From contig CBDAFS010000039.1 of assembly GCA_965195285.1 (NCBI GenBank), positions 32,001 through 96,000 of the forward strand: a stretch of DNA of 64,000 bases, read 5' to 3'. The notes below the pieces were generated by a model, which did no database searches, had not been told where the DNA came from, and saw nothing but the letters and a program-made list of their open reading frames with translations. Position numbers and translations under genes: made by a program. Source of the DNA: an uncultured Aminicenantes bacterium. Its GTDB lineage: Bacteria; Acidobacteriota; Aminicenantia; UBA2199. Each line of letters begins with the position of its first letter. The stretch's first letter is position 1. Below are positions 13,166 through 23,610 of the stretch, piece by piece.

Positions 13166-13927
13166 ATGGCCATGAAAGGTTCGAAAAAACTGACAACCCA
13201 CTATAATAAAGGAGATATCATCTACAACGTAGGTGATGAACAAAATAATTTCTATATTATCGATAAGGGAAAAGTACAGATACTGCTTGGAGATAACCAG
13301 GTGGTTTTGGCCACCCTGGTTACCGGTGATTTTTTTGGTGAAGAATCCCTCAATGAAAATCAAAATGCTGCTTATACCATTGAAGTTATCGAAGATTCAG
13401 AAATTATAAAAATCTCCTATTCATCACTGAAGGAAATGATGAATAAGAACCGGGAAATTTCTTTGAAAATTCTCAAAAAATTATCGGATAAAAACCTGAA
13501 TATTTTCAATAATTTATTGAATCTAAAAACCAAATCGGTTACTCCGGAAAAGATTCCCAAAACCAGCGCTGATGAAGAGGAAATCACCTCTGAAAAGCTG
13601 AGTCCGGATATAAAAGCCTACCTGATCATCCAGCGGTCCAACCGGATCGTTCAACTGACCAAAATTAATACATTCCTGGGTCGCCGTGACTATACCACCG
13701 GTTTTATTCCGGATGTGGATTTAACCAAAGAAGATGAAGAAAAATATATTTCCCGGAAACATTCTAAAATATCTTACTCGGATGGCAAGTTTTTCCTTTC
13801 AGAAGAACCGGGTGCAATCAACGGGACATTTTTAAACGGGACCAAATTGAATACCGGTGTAAAATACGAACTCAACAATGAAGATGAAGCCACTCTCTGC
13901 CACCTCAACATCATTTTCAAATACTGA
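13166..13927 (+). CDS. cNMP-binding domain + FHA domain signalling protein
   Basis: GDFFGE cNMP fold; LGR...SRKH...NGTFLNG FHA motifs. Confidence 0.85.
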   Translation: MAMKGSKKLTTHYNKGDIIYNVGDEQNNFYIIDKGKVQILLGDNQVVLATLVTGDFFGEESLNENQNAAYTIEVIEDSEIIKISYSSLKEMMNKNREISLKILKKLSDKNLNIFNNLLNLKTKSVTPEKIPKTSADEEEITSEKLSPDIKAYLIIQRSNRIVQLTKINTFLGRRDYTTGFIPDVDLTKEDEEKYISRKHSKISYSDGKFFLSEEPGAINGTFLNGTKLNTGVKYELNNEDEATLCHLNIIFKY

Positions 13928-13983
13928 TAGTTCTAATATCGATATACAGAAAAATCAAAAAAAGATAAAAACTCTCATTTATT

Positions 13984-14157
13984 CTATTCTGAAATTTTGA
14001 TGTGGCCTGAATCGAGTTGCTGTTGGATGGATTGGGCCATTTCCTTGATGTCATCAAGCGTTTCTTTGATATACAACGGAGTGGTCGGATCACTCAGTAT
14101 TTCATCCACCTTTTCAATGATAACCCGGACTTTCCAGGCCAACTCTTTCTGAATCAT
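13984..14157 (-). CDS. Small 57-aa helical protein (below ORF-track cutoff)
   Basis: GGGGG SD then MIQKELAWKVRVIIEKVDEILSDPTTPLYIKETLDDIKEMAQSIQQQLDSGHIKISE; upstream TTGAAA-N16-TAAAAT. Confidence 0.65.
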   Translation of the reverse strand: MIQKELAWKVRVIIEKVDEILSDPTTPLYIKETLDDIKEMAQSIQQQLDSGHIKISE

Positions 14158-14230
14158 TATTACCCCCTGTTTTCATTTTACCGTAAAAACTTTTTTTTTC
14201 AACCCTATTGTATTCCGGATCGACATCATT

Positions 14231-15316
14231 TCATTCAATGTTAAATTCTATATTGGAAGGTCTACAGGTGTTTTTATTCCAGTATTTCTGGATCACTTCC
14301 ATAAGTTCACTTGAGTTTAAATCAATGGTATTCAACGGATCTGGGCCAAACCGAAAATTGAAGGCATCCACCTCTTGACTCCAGGCTGACCATTGTAGTT
14401 CCCAGACCCAAAGGGAATAGTTCATATTAAGATCTTCAAAACATTCCATCTGCTCATCCATGAATCGGGCTGCACCGCATACCCATCTCATAATTCCATA
14501 CTCATTACAAGCAACCCGTACACCATATTGAGCTTTATAGTTATCAATAACTCCCAATAGGGCATTTAACCAATCTTCATTCACCTGATCCGGTATCCCA
14601 TCCCAGTCGATATCAAAAAAACCCGGATAACAATATTGACCTTCCGGATTCTGATGGGTATAAACAACCGGAGCATATTGATGGACAGTATAAAGTGTCT
14701 TGGGATCCGAGACCGGTACAACATAGGACAGCCATTCCACAGCGCTATACCCCATTCCCCCGATCAGTATGGGGATATCCACATCAACTTCTCTTATGCC
14801 AGAAACAATCCTGGGAAATAACTGGTTCCAATCGTAGAGGGTATTTGAATACTGATCATAGAACTCCTCCTGATTCCATAAATTCAACCAGATTTCATTT
14901 GAATTGGGTTCCACCATAAGGTCATAACCAATCAAATACGGACAATCCTTAAAGTGGTAGGCTGTTTGCTTCCACATGTCTACCCAGGCATTCTGCGCAT
15001 CAGTGTTTACCCAGACATGATCATTATAATAACTTTCATCAAACCATTCTCCATCCTCTCCCTAAAAAAAAGTGAACTCACTCCGACCGGGTCCGGTTCC
15101 CATGAAATCATTTCCATCAAGTTCAGGATATACTCTGCGTTGATATATATTGGCTCCCCGTAGCAGGGTTCCCTATTCCCAAAGTTTCCATTTGGAATCA
15201 ATCTCCCGTATGTTTGTTTCATCTTCACTTTTAAATAACTGACATGAATCCAGGGTAAAAATTAAAAAAACAGATATAGTGCAAAAATAAATTATTTTTA
15301 TTTTTAAGAAAAACAT
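14231..15316 (-). pseudogene. GH5 glycoside hydrolase lipoprotein, disrupted
   Basis: One frame from ATG 15316 (signal ending LDSC) to 14231 with two in-frame TAG (15173-75, 15062-64); DLMVEP, HQY, NEYG catalytic motifs. Confidence 0.8.
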
Positions 15317-15401
15317 ATCACTCGGATTTATCATATAATAAATAATATTTTATTACAAAAGGACTTTGATACATTGCAATAACCGGTTATATCCGGTATA
15401 A

Positions 15402-16328
15402 TTGCTGCTTATTTTCATCCCCTTTGCCAACAGGAAAATCATGATCTATTTAGGTGAAATTCTGGCTCTGAGTGCCGCATTATTCTGGGCCATTGGTGTC
15501 ATTCTTTTTAAAAAGAGCGGTGAAAATATGTCACCGTTATCGCTTAACCTATTTAAAAACCTCATCGCCATGGCCCTTTTCATTCCAACCATTCCATTAC
15601 TTGGCGAGAGCTTTAATCCCGGTCAGCCTTTATCTGCCTGGATCATGCTGGGATTATCCGGGCTTCTGGGGATCACACTTGCCGATACCCTTTTTTTTAT
15701 ATCACTGAATAAACTGGGCGCAAGTCTGGTGGCCGTGGTTGACACCTCATATACGCCCTTTCTGCTTTCCATGGGCTATATTTTTTTGGGTGATCGAATC
15801 GGACCCATTGCTTTTTTGGGGGCCTGCCTTATTGTGGCGGGATTGATCATCGGTTCCCTCAGCAAACCTGAACCGGGCCGAACCCGAAAAGATATCCTTA
15901 TCGGAACCATCATCGGCATAACAGGTATATTTACCATGGTGGTGGGGATTATCATTATAAAAGATATTCTCAATAATGCACCGTTGATTTGGGCATCCGG
16001 TGTCCGCCTTTTTTTTGGATTTATGGGTTTAATCCCCATTATATTTTTTAACCGTACCAGGCGTAACCGATTTCTAACCAATTTAAGGCAGCCCCAAACC
16101 TGGAAGATAGGAGTTCCGGCTGCCATCAGCGGATCGTTCCTGGCTATGATCTGCTGGGTGGGCGGATTGAAATACACCGACGTATCCATTGCCGGAATGT
16201 TAAACCAGTTATCAACCATTTTTATCTTTGTACTGGCAATCCTGTTTCTTAAAGAGTCGGTCAGTTGGAAACGGATACTGGCAATATTCTTGTCTTTTTT
16301 AGGTGCAGTACTGGTCATTCTACGCTAA
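15402..16328 (+). CDS. DMT/EamA family transporter
   Basis: About 10 TM, two EamA repeats (FLGD, FLKE); start probably ATG 15438 or 15441. Confidence 0.9.
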   Translation: MLLIFIPFANRKIMIYLGEILALSAALFWAIGVILFKKSGENMSPLSLNLFKNLIAMALFIPTIPLLGESFNPGQPLSAWIMLGLSGLLGITLADTLFFISLNKLGASLVAVVDTSYTPFLLSMGYIFLGDRIGPIAFLGACLIVAGLIIGSLSKPEPGRTRKDILIGTIIGITGIFTMVVGIIIIKDILNNAPLIWASGVRLFFGFMGLIPIIFFNRTRRNRFLTNLRQPQTWKIGVPAAISGSFLAMICWVGGLKYTDVSIAGMLNQLSTIFIFVLAILFLKESVSWKRILAIFLSFLGAVLVILR

Positions 16329-16361
16329 AATATTATTCCTATTCACATCATGGGTTTGCAA

Positions 16362-17810
16362 TCAATCAAAGTAATAAACGGGAAGGGAATCGATTTGATT
16401 GAGCAACCGAAAGAAATGAGTTCTCAAACCCTTCAGCTTGACTGCAATGACAATGATGTCAACCGGAGTCTGTCTTTTTGAAAACCGACTCAGTTCAACC
16501 CGGGTGAAATGTCGATACTGATCCTGCTGAACTCCGGATTCAATAAGAACAATATCCCGGATCCCCATGATTCGATGGAGAAAATCAATAACCCGGCCCC
16601 TAATCGCTGAAGACCCATAAACAGCCACTGATTTGATTTCTTTGTTGAAGTCCTTCTGATTCAGATTAAAGACATCATCACTATGTTGTAGCCGTGGATA
16701 ATACAGGGGAAACAACCGTTCAAAAAGATTCGGCTTCTTGTCGGATTTGAAAAAGGAGGGAAGTCGATGGTTCAACCTATCGATTATGGATTGTGATGTC
16801 TTTTCGACATTCCATTTCGCTGCATCCACCCGGGCCCGGCTGGCTTTAATTAGGGCATCCGCATAATTTTTATATAGGATCAACAGTTTAGCTTTCAAAT
16901 CCCCGATGTCCGGTTCCGCCCACTTAGAGCCAAAAAACCCAGGATATCTCAAATAATGATTTGCCTCGATATCAACCAGTTCAAATTTAATCAGATACGA
17001 ATTTTTTGAATTTAAAAATTCACATTGTCCGCCCCATCCGGTGGTTATGATGGGAGTACCAACCTGCATGACAGCTAACAAAGGCCGGCCGATTCCCTCG
17101 CCCCGGGAAGGTAATATGAAGCAATCCGCCCTGCGGTAAAGGGAATACAATTCTTTTTCAGTCAAAACCGCATTCAGTATACGAACCTCGGGAATTTCCT
17201 CTGGAAGGTTGAACTCATCCTTTATTTTTGTCAAAGTGGCATTGGTTTTAAGTACCAAACAGATATCATCATTGCTTTTAAAGGTTTCAATATAGGCCTT
17301 CAGTAATACATCCAGTCCTTTGCGGTAACGGGCATTATAATTAAACAGGGATAGTAGTACAAACTTGTTCTTCATCTCCAGCTGGTAAAGGGAACCGGGA
17401 TCCGGAATCTTCAAATCAACCGGACTGGAAATGACAAACATCTTCTCCGGACTGACCCCTGATTTCCGGAACAGGTCAAAACAAAAATGATTGGGAACCC
17501 AGATTTCATTCAGTCGATTGAAGCGATAAACCCAGCTAAATGGAATTCTTGAAACTTCCAACATGGTCCGGGTAATGGAATACTGTTCCGGATTTGGTTG
17601 ATAGGATCCATGCCTAAAGGAATGAAACACAATGGGAATGCTGGGATCACTGTCACTTTGAAAATCAAATTCGCTGGGCCCCAGCCGCTTGTTTTTTCCA
17701 ACCACCTTGACTTCTACTCCCTGGTTTTTAAGACCTCGTATCATAACTCTGGCCTCATCCGAATAACCTGAATTGGCAAAAATATTTTCACAAAACCACT
17801 GTATTTTCAT
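16362..17810 (-). CDS. Glycosyltransferase family 4
   Basis: SGYS, RKGLD, PSRGEGIGRP, TGWGG. Confidence 0.85.
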   Translation of the reverse strand: MKIQWFCENIFANSGYSDEARVMIRGLKNQGVEVKVVGKNKRLGPSEFDFQSDSDPSIPIVFHSFRHGSYQPNPEQYSITRTMLEVSRIPFSWVYRFNRLNEIWVPNHFCFDLFRKSGVSPEKMFVISSPVDLKIPDPGSLYQLEMKNKFVLLSLFNYNARYRKGLDVLLKAYIETFKSNDDICLVLKTNATLTKIKDEFNLPEEIPEVRILNAVLTEKELYSLYRRADCFILPSRGEGIGRPLLAVMQVGTPIITTGWGGQCEFLNSKNSYLIKFELVDIEANHYLRYPGFFGSKWAEPDIGDLKAKLLILYKNYADALIKASRARVDAAKWNVEKTSQSIIDRLNHRLPSFFKSDKKPNLFERLFPLYYPRLQHSDDVFNLNQKDFNKEIKSVAVYGSSAIRGRVIDFLHRIMGIRDIVLIESGVQQDQYRHFTRVELSRFSKRQTPVDIIVIAVKLKGLRTHFFRLLNQIDSLPVYYFD

Positions 17811-17871
17811 TTCATCTTAATCTGATATCTTTTTACAATTTTCTATTTTTTGTCTTCTTAACTTCTCATAT

Positions 17872-18468
17872 TCATAACTTCTTTTTTAGAAGTTCTCCAT
17901 ATCTGAAACAATCCATGGTATGGTCATTGACCATACCCACGGCCTGCATAAACGCATAACAGATAGTGGGACCCACAAAACTAAACCCTCTTTTTTTCAA
18001 ATCCTTACTCATGGCAACCGATTGGGTAGAAACTGCGGGCAATTGGCTGAGCTGTTTCCATTTATTAATAATTGGCTTGCCACTCACGAAGCGCCATATA
18101 TAGTTATCAAAACTCCCAAATTCGTCTTGAATGCCCAGGAATGCGCCGGCATTCCGGACCGCTGATTCTATTTTTAAACGGTTTCTGATAATACCCTTAT
18201 CCTGCAACAACCTATTGATTTTTTCCCGGCTGAAACGGGCCACCTTGCCGGGATCAAAACCATCGAACACCCTTCGGTAATTCTCCCGCCTTTTTAAAAT
18301 GGTCAACCAGCTTAACCCGGCTTGAGCACCATCCAGAATCAGAGCCTCAAAAAATTCAATATCATTATGGACTTCCACTCCCCATTCGGTATCATGATAC
18401 TGGATATAAATCAAATCATCAGTAACCCATTCACAACGTTTTTTTTGCATATTTGATACCTCCGCCAT
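17872..18468 (-). CDS. tag: DNA-3-methyladenine glycosylase I
   Basis: RCEW, YHDTEWG, QAGLSW, IIRNRLKI, NDH..C. Confidence 0.96.
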   Translation of the reverse strand: MAEVSNMQKKRCEWVTDDLIYIQYHDTEWGVEVHNDIEFFEALILDGAQAGLSWLTILKRRENYRRVFDGFDPGKVARFSREKINRLLQDKGIIRNRLKIESAVRNAGAFLGIQDEFGSFDNYIWRFVSGKPIINKWKQLSQLPAVSTQSVAMSKDLKKRGFSFVGPTICYAFMQAVGMVNDHTMDCFRYGELLKKKL

Positions 18469-18520
18469 TACTATTTTTCATTTAAACCATCATCCTCTTT
18501 CAGATTTTGGTTGAAAACAA

Positions 18521-19234
18521 TCAGTCCGGAAAATGTTTTTTTAAGATTTCGCGGGCAATGACCAAATCCGCCTGATAGGTAATTTTTATATTTAACTCAC
18601 TGCCTTCGATGATAAAGATTTCTGCCAGATTCGATTTAAAAATCAAGGAACAGTCATCCGGACTGTTTATGATCTCTTTTTCCCTGGCCAATAGATGAGC
18701 CCTTTGGATTAGTTGCCGCTCGAATGCCTGTGGCGTTTGAACCCGCTTTACAAATTGGCGATCGGGAATTGTTTTGATCTGAGAATGCGGATCAATTTCA
18801 ATCACAGTATCGGAAAAAGATACCGCCGGGGCCACAGCTGAATATTTTCCCAGGCTGTTTATCAATTCATCAATGATGGTTTTGGGGATCAATGGCCTGG
18901 CCACATCATGTATGAGGATTTTCTCCACATCGCCTCCGGCTGCCATTACACCAATATATGATGATTCCTGCCGGGAGCTGCCTCCGGCCAATATGGATTC
19001 GATTTTCCTATAGTTATTTTTGACAATATTCACGGTTCTATTATGATAGTCCTGATTTTCAACCAGCACTATGCCATCAATCCCCGGGTGATTCTCAAAT
19101 CGGTCCAGGGAGTGTTCCAATATTGTTTTCTCTCCGATCCGGGAAAATTGTTTGGGATATGCTTCTGCAAAACGCTGGCCCGAACCCCCGGCCAATAAGA
19201 TCGCCACTGTTCGGTTCATTATCGAATTTTCCAT
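18521..19234 (-). CDS. ispD: 2-C-methyl-D-erythritol 4-phosphate cytidylyltransferase (IspD/TarI family)
   Basis: LAGGSGQRF, PKQF, HDVARP, QTPQ, NIKIT. Confidence 0.88.
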   Translation of the reverse strand: MENSIMNRTVAILLAGGSGQRFAEAYPKQFSRIGEKTILEHSLDRFENHPGIDGIVLVENQDYHNRTVNIVKNNYRKIESILAGGSSRQESSYIGVMAAGGDVEKILIHDVARPLIPKTIIDELINSLGKYSAVAPAVSFSDTVIEIDPHSQIKTIPDRQFVKRVQTPQAFERQLIQRAHLLAREKEIINSPDDCSLIFKSNLAEIFIIEGSELNIKITYQADLVIAREILKKHFPD

Positions 19235-19318
19235 TTTGTCGGTTTGTCTTTGATATTTTACCCAATACTGCCCAAAAACTCAATCCGCAATCTTCGTATT
19301 CCCTTGACACCAGATCGG

Positions 19319-19347
19319 TTGACAAAAAAAAGGTTAGATGATAAAAT
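19319..19347 (+). promoter_or_regulatory. Sigma70 promoter of rpmE-prfA-prmC
   Basis: TTGACA-N17-TAAAAT with extended TG. Confidence 0.75.
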
Positions 19348-19367
19348 TCAATATCCTGGAGGATAAA

Positions 19368-19574
19368 ATGAAAAAAGGAATACATCCTGAATATATGGAA
19401 TGCACGGTAACCTGCGCCTGCGGCAATACATTCAAAACCAGGGCAACCACAAAACAGATTGAAATCGAAATCTGCTCTTCCTGTCATCCTTTCTATACCG
19501 GAAAACAGAAATATGTGGATACTGAAGGAAGAATAGAAAAGTTTAAAAAGAAATACGGTTATCAGGAAAAGTAA
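19368..19574 (+). CDS. rpmE: 50S ribosomal protein L31 (Zn-binding type)
   Basis: [21 protein letters not shown]; GGAGG SD. Confidence 0.97.
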   Translation: MKKGIHPEYMECTVTCACGNTFKTRATTKQIEIEICSSCHPFYTGKQKYVDTEGRIEKFKKKYGYQEK

Positions 19575-19615
19575 TACATGTTTCTTTTTTTCTAACCCTC
19601 TTCATATACTGATTC

Positions 19616-20737
19616 ATGACTATGGAAGCACCGGTCTCCATTTCCCAACAAAAGCTATTTAATCATCTGGAACAACTCCATCTGAAATACAATTCCATTT
19701 CAGACCAGCTCTCCAAAACTGAAATTATCAATAACCTGGTAAAACTGAAGGAACTGTCCAAGCAGCTTTCCCATTTGAAACCCCTTGAAGACAAATACCT
19801 GAAAATGAAAAAATATTCCACTCAGAGAGTGGAAACCGAAATCCTGTTGAAAAACTCGGATGAAGAAGCCATGAAAGAATTGGCCAGAGAAGAGATTGAA
19901 CAACTTAATAATAAAATCAGCCAAATCGAACAGGAAATAATCCAGCTTCTGGTAATCGATCAAACCGAAGAAAACAGAAACGTATTCCTTGAAATCAGGG
20001 CCGGCGTCGGTGGGAATGAGGCATCGCTTTTCGCATCCGACCTATTGAGAATGTACTCCAGAATCGCTGAGCAAAAGGGATGGAAATCCGAAATCATCTC
20101 AACTACCTATTCAGCTATTGGGGGAATAAAAGAAATCATTCTCCATATCAAAGGAAACACGGTAAACCAAAATCTTCAGTTTGAAAGCGGCGTTCATCGT
20201 GTCCAAAGGGTCCCGGTTACCGAAGCCAGCGGCAGGATCCACACCTCCACCGTAACCGTCGCGGTTATGCCAGAAGCTGAAGATGTGGAAATTAAGATCA
20301 ATCCCAAAGATATTAGAACTGATACATTTTCGGCATCAGGACCCGGGGGGCAACATGTAAACAGAACCCAATCTGCCATTCGGATCACCCATAACCCCAC
20401 CGGGATAGTGGTTACCTGCCAGGATGAAAAATCTCAGCACAAGAATAAGGACAAAGCCATGAAGGTACTTAAAGCCAGATTGTTCGAATTTGAAAAAAAG
20501 AAGCAGGAAAGCAGCATTGCCGACTCCAGAAAATCCCAGGTGGGATCCGGAGAAAGATCTGAAAAAATCAGAACCTATAATTTCCCCCAGAATCGGGTTA
20601 CCGATCATCGAATAACCGGAAAAAATTTCAATCTGGAAAGCATTCTTAACGGCCTCATCAATGATTTATTCAAAGAACTACATGAAGTATATTCTAAAAA
20701 AATGATTGAGGAAAAACTTAATCAAATCATCGCTTAG
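19616..20737 (+). CDS. prfA: Peptide chain release factor 1
   Basis: PVT anticodon motif and GGQ. Confidence 0.97.
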   Translation: MTMEAPVSISQQKLFNHLEQLHLKYNSISDQLSKTEIINNLVKLKELSKQLSHLKPLEDKYLKMKKYSTQRVETEILLKNSDEEAMKELAREEIEQLNNKISQIEQEIIQLLVIDQTEENRNVFLEIRAGVGGNEASLFASDLLRMYSRIAEQKGWKSEIISTTYSAIGGIKEIILHIKGNTVNQNLQFESGVHRVQRVPVTEASGRIHTSTVTVAVMPEAEDVEIKINPKDIRTDTFSASGPGGQHVNRTQSAIRITHNPTGIVVTCQDEKSQHKNKDKAMKVLKARLFEFEKKKQESSIADSRKSQVGSGERSEKIRTYNFPQNRVTDHRITGKNFNLESILNGLINDLFKELHEVYSKKMIEEKLNQIIA

Positions 20738-21585
20738 TGTACTATTCCGATTTATATTACCAGACCCTGCAAAACCTGCCCCGCTATTCCAGAAATAAGG
20801 ATTCGCAATCGAACCTGGCTCTGGATATTCAGATTTTGATGGAAAAGGCATTCGGACTTTCCAGAGATCAATTCTGGATAATGAAACAGAATCAAATTAC
20901 GGATAGATGTCAGTTGAGAAAATTTTACCGGTATCTGGAAAGACTCAAAAACCACGAGCCACTGGCTTACATTATTCAGGAGAAGCAATTCTATACTGCC
21001 AGTTTTTTTGTGAATAAACATGTTCTGATTCCACGGCCGGAGACAGAATTGATAGTAGAAAAAGCAATCGATACATTGACCTCACCGGCCAGGGTACTGG
21101 ACATTGGAGCCGGCAGCGGGAATATTTCCATTGTCATCGCACTGGAAACCGGCTCAATGGTATTAGCGATTGAAAAGGAAAAAAAAACATTTCAGGTATT
21201 ATGCCACAATATTGGAATTCACCGAGTCAAAGGACAGGTCATTCCCCAACACTCAGATTTATTTCCAAAAAAAAAATCAACATTCGACCTGATTGTATCA
21301 AACCCCCCCTATGTTTCCGAGAATGAGTGGATTGACCTTCCCCCACACATCAGAAACCATGAGCCCAAGCAGGCATTGGTCTCTGGCCCCAGCGGATACG
21401 AAATAATTGAAAAAATCATATCAAGAGCCAAAGATTATTTGAAACCAACAGGAAAACTGCTGATTGAAATCGGATACCAGCAGAAGCCGGTAGTCGAGAA
21501 ATTACTGATAGATGCTGACTTCCATCATATAGATTTTATAAATGATTACGGTCAGATTCCACGGATTGCCTGTGCACAACCATGA
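20737..21585 (+). CDS. prmC: Release factor glutamine methyltransferase
   Basis: LIPRPETE, DIGAGSG, SNPPY; follows prfA. Confidence 0.95.
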   Translation: MYYSDLYYQTLQNLPRYSRNKDSQSNLALDIQILMEKAFGLSRDQFWIMKQNQITDRCQLRKFYRYLERLKNHEPLAYIIQEKQFYTASFFVNKHVLIPRPETELIVEKAIDTLTSPARVLDIGAGSGNISIVIALETGSMVLAIEKEKKTFQVLCHNIGIHRVKGQVIPQHSDLFPKKKSTFDLIVSNPPYVSENEWIDLPPHIRNHEPKQALVSGPSGYEIIEKIISRAKDYLKPTGKLLIEIGYQQKPVVEKLLIDADFHHIDFINDYGQIPRIACAQP

Positions 21586-22937
21586 GAACACTTTTATTAA
21601 ATCCTTACATCCATGACTTTACCGCCTTCGATTTATGGTTGAGGCCCATTGGGCTTCTATATATCGCCGCTGTCTTAAAAAAATATACGGATTGCGAAAT
21701 ACACTGGATCGATGTTCTGGACCGATTTCAGGATCTGAAAGGAAGTGAAACCAAATCAAGTGAAGACGGAAGGGGGAAATTCCATCAGGAAATCATTGAA
21801 AAACCAGAGATTTATAAACAAATTCCCCGTCACTATTCCAGATACGGAATGCCGGTTAGCCTTTTTAAAGAAAAACTGGATCAACTGCCGGATCTCGATT
21901 TCATTTTTATAACCAGTCTCATGACCTACTGGTTTGATGGGATTGTTTTTTCCATTGAACATTTGAGAGAAAGATTTCCCAGAGCCAAAATCATTCTGGG
22001 AGGAATATTGCCTACCCTGCTTTCAAGAAAAATCAAAAAAAGCATCCGGGTTGATGATATCATTGAAGGATATGGCGAGGGCCAGGTTCTGGAATACCTG
22101 AAAAATAACCGGGTTCACTGTAATAACCACCCTGATTTCTCAAAAATCGACAACATCCCCTTTCCAGCCTACGAGTACTTATCCAGTCAACGGATTCTCC
22201 CTTTATTGACCTCCAGAGGCTGCCCCTATCAATGTACCTATTGCGCTACCAACCTCTTGAATCCCGGTTTCTTTGAAAGATCCAGCCCCAACATCATTCG
22301 GGAAATAAACACCCTGGTTGAGAAATACAGTCCCGAACATATAGTGATATTTGATGATGCCTTTCTGGTCAATCAACAGAATCGATTCCAGAGAGTATTT
22401 AGTGAAATCAAGAACATATCCGGAATAAAATTTCACACACCCAACGGTCTTCATGCAAGGGAGATCAAACCCGAAACTGCGGATCTTTTATTCAAGTCCG
22501 GATTTAAAACCATCAGACTCAGTTTCGAATCCATCAAAGCTGAAATCCTTAAGAGGAGTTCCAATAAGGTGAACATCGAACAAATGTCCTGGGCAATTCA
22601 AAATTTGGAAAACGCCGGATACAGGCGGAGAGAGATTGAAGTATACTTGCTATTCGGCATAAACGGACAGACCCGGGCAGACCTGCGCGACACCCTGCTA
22701 TTTATGGGAGATCTGGGTGTCATTCCCCGTTTATCCTATTTTTCTCCGGTGCCAGGTACCATCGATTACCTGAATCTCCAACAACAGGGAATTTTATCCC
22801 GGGATCTGGATTTATATGAAACCAATAAAACCTATTTTGTCTATCAGAAATCAGGGTTAACCGAGTCAGATATCCATCATATCAAAGAGTTGACCAATCA
22901 AATCGTCTGTTCAAACCGGGAAACTTCACCCGATTGA
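21582..22937 (+). CDS. B12-binding-domain radical SAM protein
   Basis: PIGLLYIA, ILGG, TSRGCPYQCTYC. Confidence 0.88.
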   Translation: MRTLLLNPYIHDFTAFDLWLRPIGLLYIAAVLKKYTDCEIHWIDVLDRFQDLKGSETKSSEDGRGKFHQEIIEKPEIYKQIPRHYSRYGMPVSLFKEKLDQLPDLDFIFITSLMTYWFDGIVFSIEHLRERFPRAKIILGGILPTLLSRKIKKSIRVDDIIEGYGEGQVLEYLKNNRVHCNNHPDFSKIDNIPFPAYEYLSSQRILPLLTSRGCPYQCTYCATNLLNPGFFERSSPNIIREINTLVEKYSPEHIVIFDDAFLVNQQNRFQRVFSEIKNISGIKFHTPNGLHAREIKPETADLLFKSGFKTIRLSFESIKAEILKRSSNKVNIEQMSWAIQNLENAGYRRREIEVYLLFGINGQTRADLRDTLLFMGDLGVIPRLSYFSPVPGTIDYLNLQQQGILSRDLDLYETNKTYFVYQKSGLTESDIHHIKELTNQIVCSNRETSPD

Positions 22938-23602
22938 AATGGTGGGAACTGGCCGGACTGAAGATTCAGTTTGTTCAAATACGGAATTAAAACCTCTTTC
23001 CAGGCCTTGTAACCTTGCCTGGATAGATGCAACCCGTCAACCGTATATTCTGAACTGAGCCCATTGCCCGGGCAGAGTGTGGCATTTAAATCAATAAAAT
23101 CGATTTGATTGTTTTCAGCAAACTCTTTTAAACGGCTATTCAATTCCTCAACCTGGCGGTTGATTTCTCCGGATTTAAATATTCCTGAAGAAACAAAAAG
23201 GGTTGATTGAATCACCGGTCTTATCTGGTTTCGAACTAGCTTCTGTATCAGGAAAATATAATTTTCATATATCTTCTCAACTGCAAATCCATGAGAAAGA
23301 TCATTGATGCCGCCCATTATGAAACACAGAACCGGTTTCAGTCGAATGACAGAATCCAACCGGGTGATGAATCTGGCGGTCGTATCACCATTGATTCCCT
23401 TGTTCTCCACATCATTGCGATCTAACAAGACATTCCAGTTGGTTCGGAAGGTAATGGAATCACCCAGCATGACAATCTTCACCGATTGACCCGGAGACGA
23501 TTCAAGCGATTGTTTGGTTACTGAATTCGTATCAAATGAAACCAGTAAATAGATAGAAACCATTAACAGTAAGATAAAAGCCAATCCAAAGAGTTTGCTC
23601 AT
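22898..23602 (-). CDS. SGNH/GDSL esterase with N-terminal membrane anchor
   Basis: GDSIT, GINGD, GGINDL, DGLH. Confidence 0.9.
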   Translation of the reverse strand: MSKLFGLAFILLLMVSIYLLVSFDTNSVTKQSLESSPGQSVKIVMLGDSITFRTNWNVLLDRNDVENKGINGDTTARFITRLDSVIRLKPVLCFIMGGINDLSHGFAVEKIYENYIFLIQKLVRNQIRPVIQSTLFVSSGIFKSGEINRQVEELNSRLKEFAENNQIDFIDLNATLCPGNGLSSEYTVDGLHLSRQGYKAWKEVLIPYLNKLNLQSGQFPPFQSGEVSRFEQTI

Positions 23603-23610
23603 GGAGATAT

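Noticed and set aside
15062-15175. Amber recoding or pyrrolysine readthrough in the GH5 gene
   Set aside because: TAG terminates core genes here (prfA, etfB, etfA), RF1 is present, no pyl genes are seen, and the gene shows other signs of decay
15007-15228. 73-aa ORF in the ORF track
   Set aside because: Alternate frame over the GH5 pseudogene N-terminus
21582-22937. B12 radical SAM after prmC as part of a novel cluster
   Set aside because: No precursor or partner genes nearby; appears to be an operon passenger
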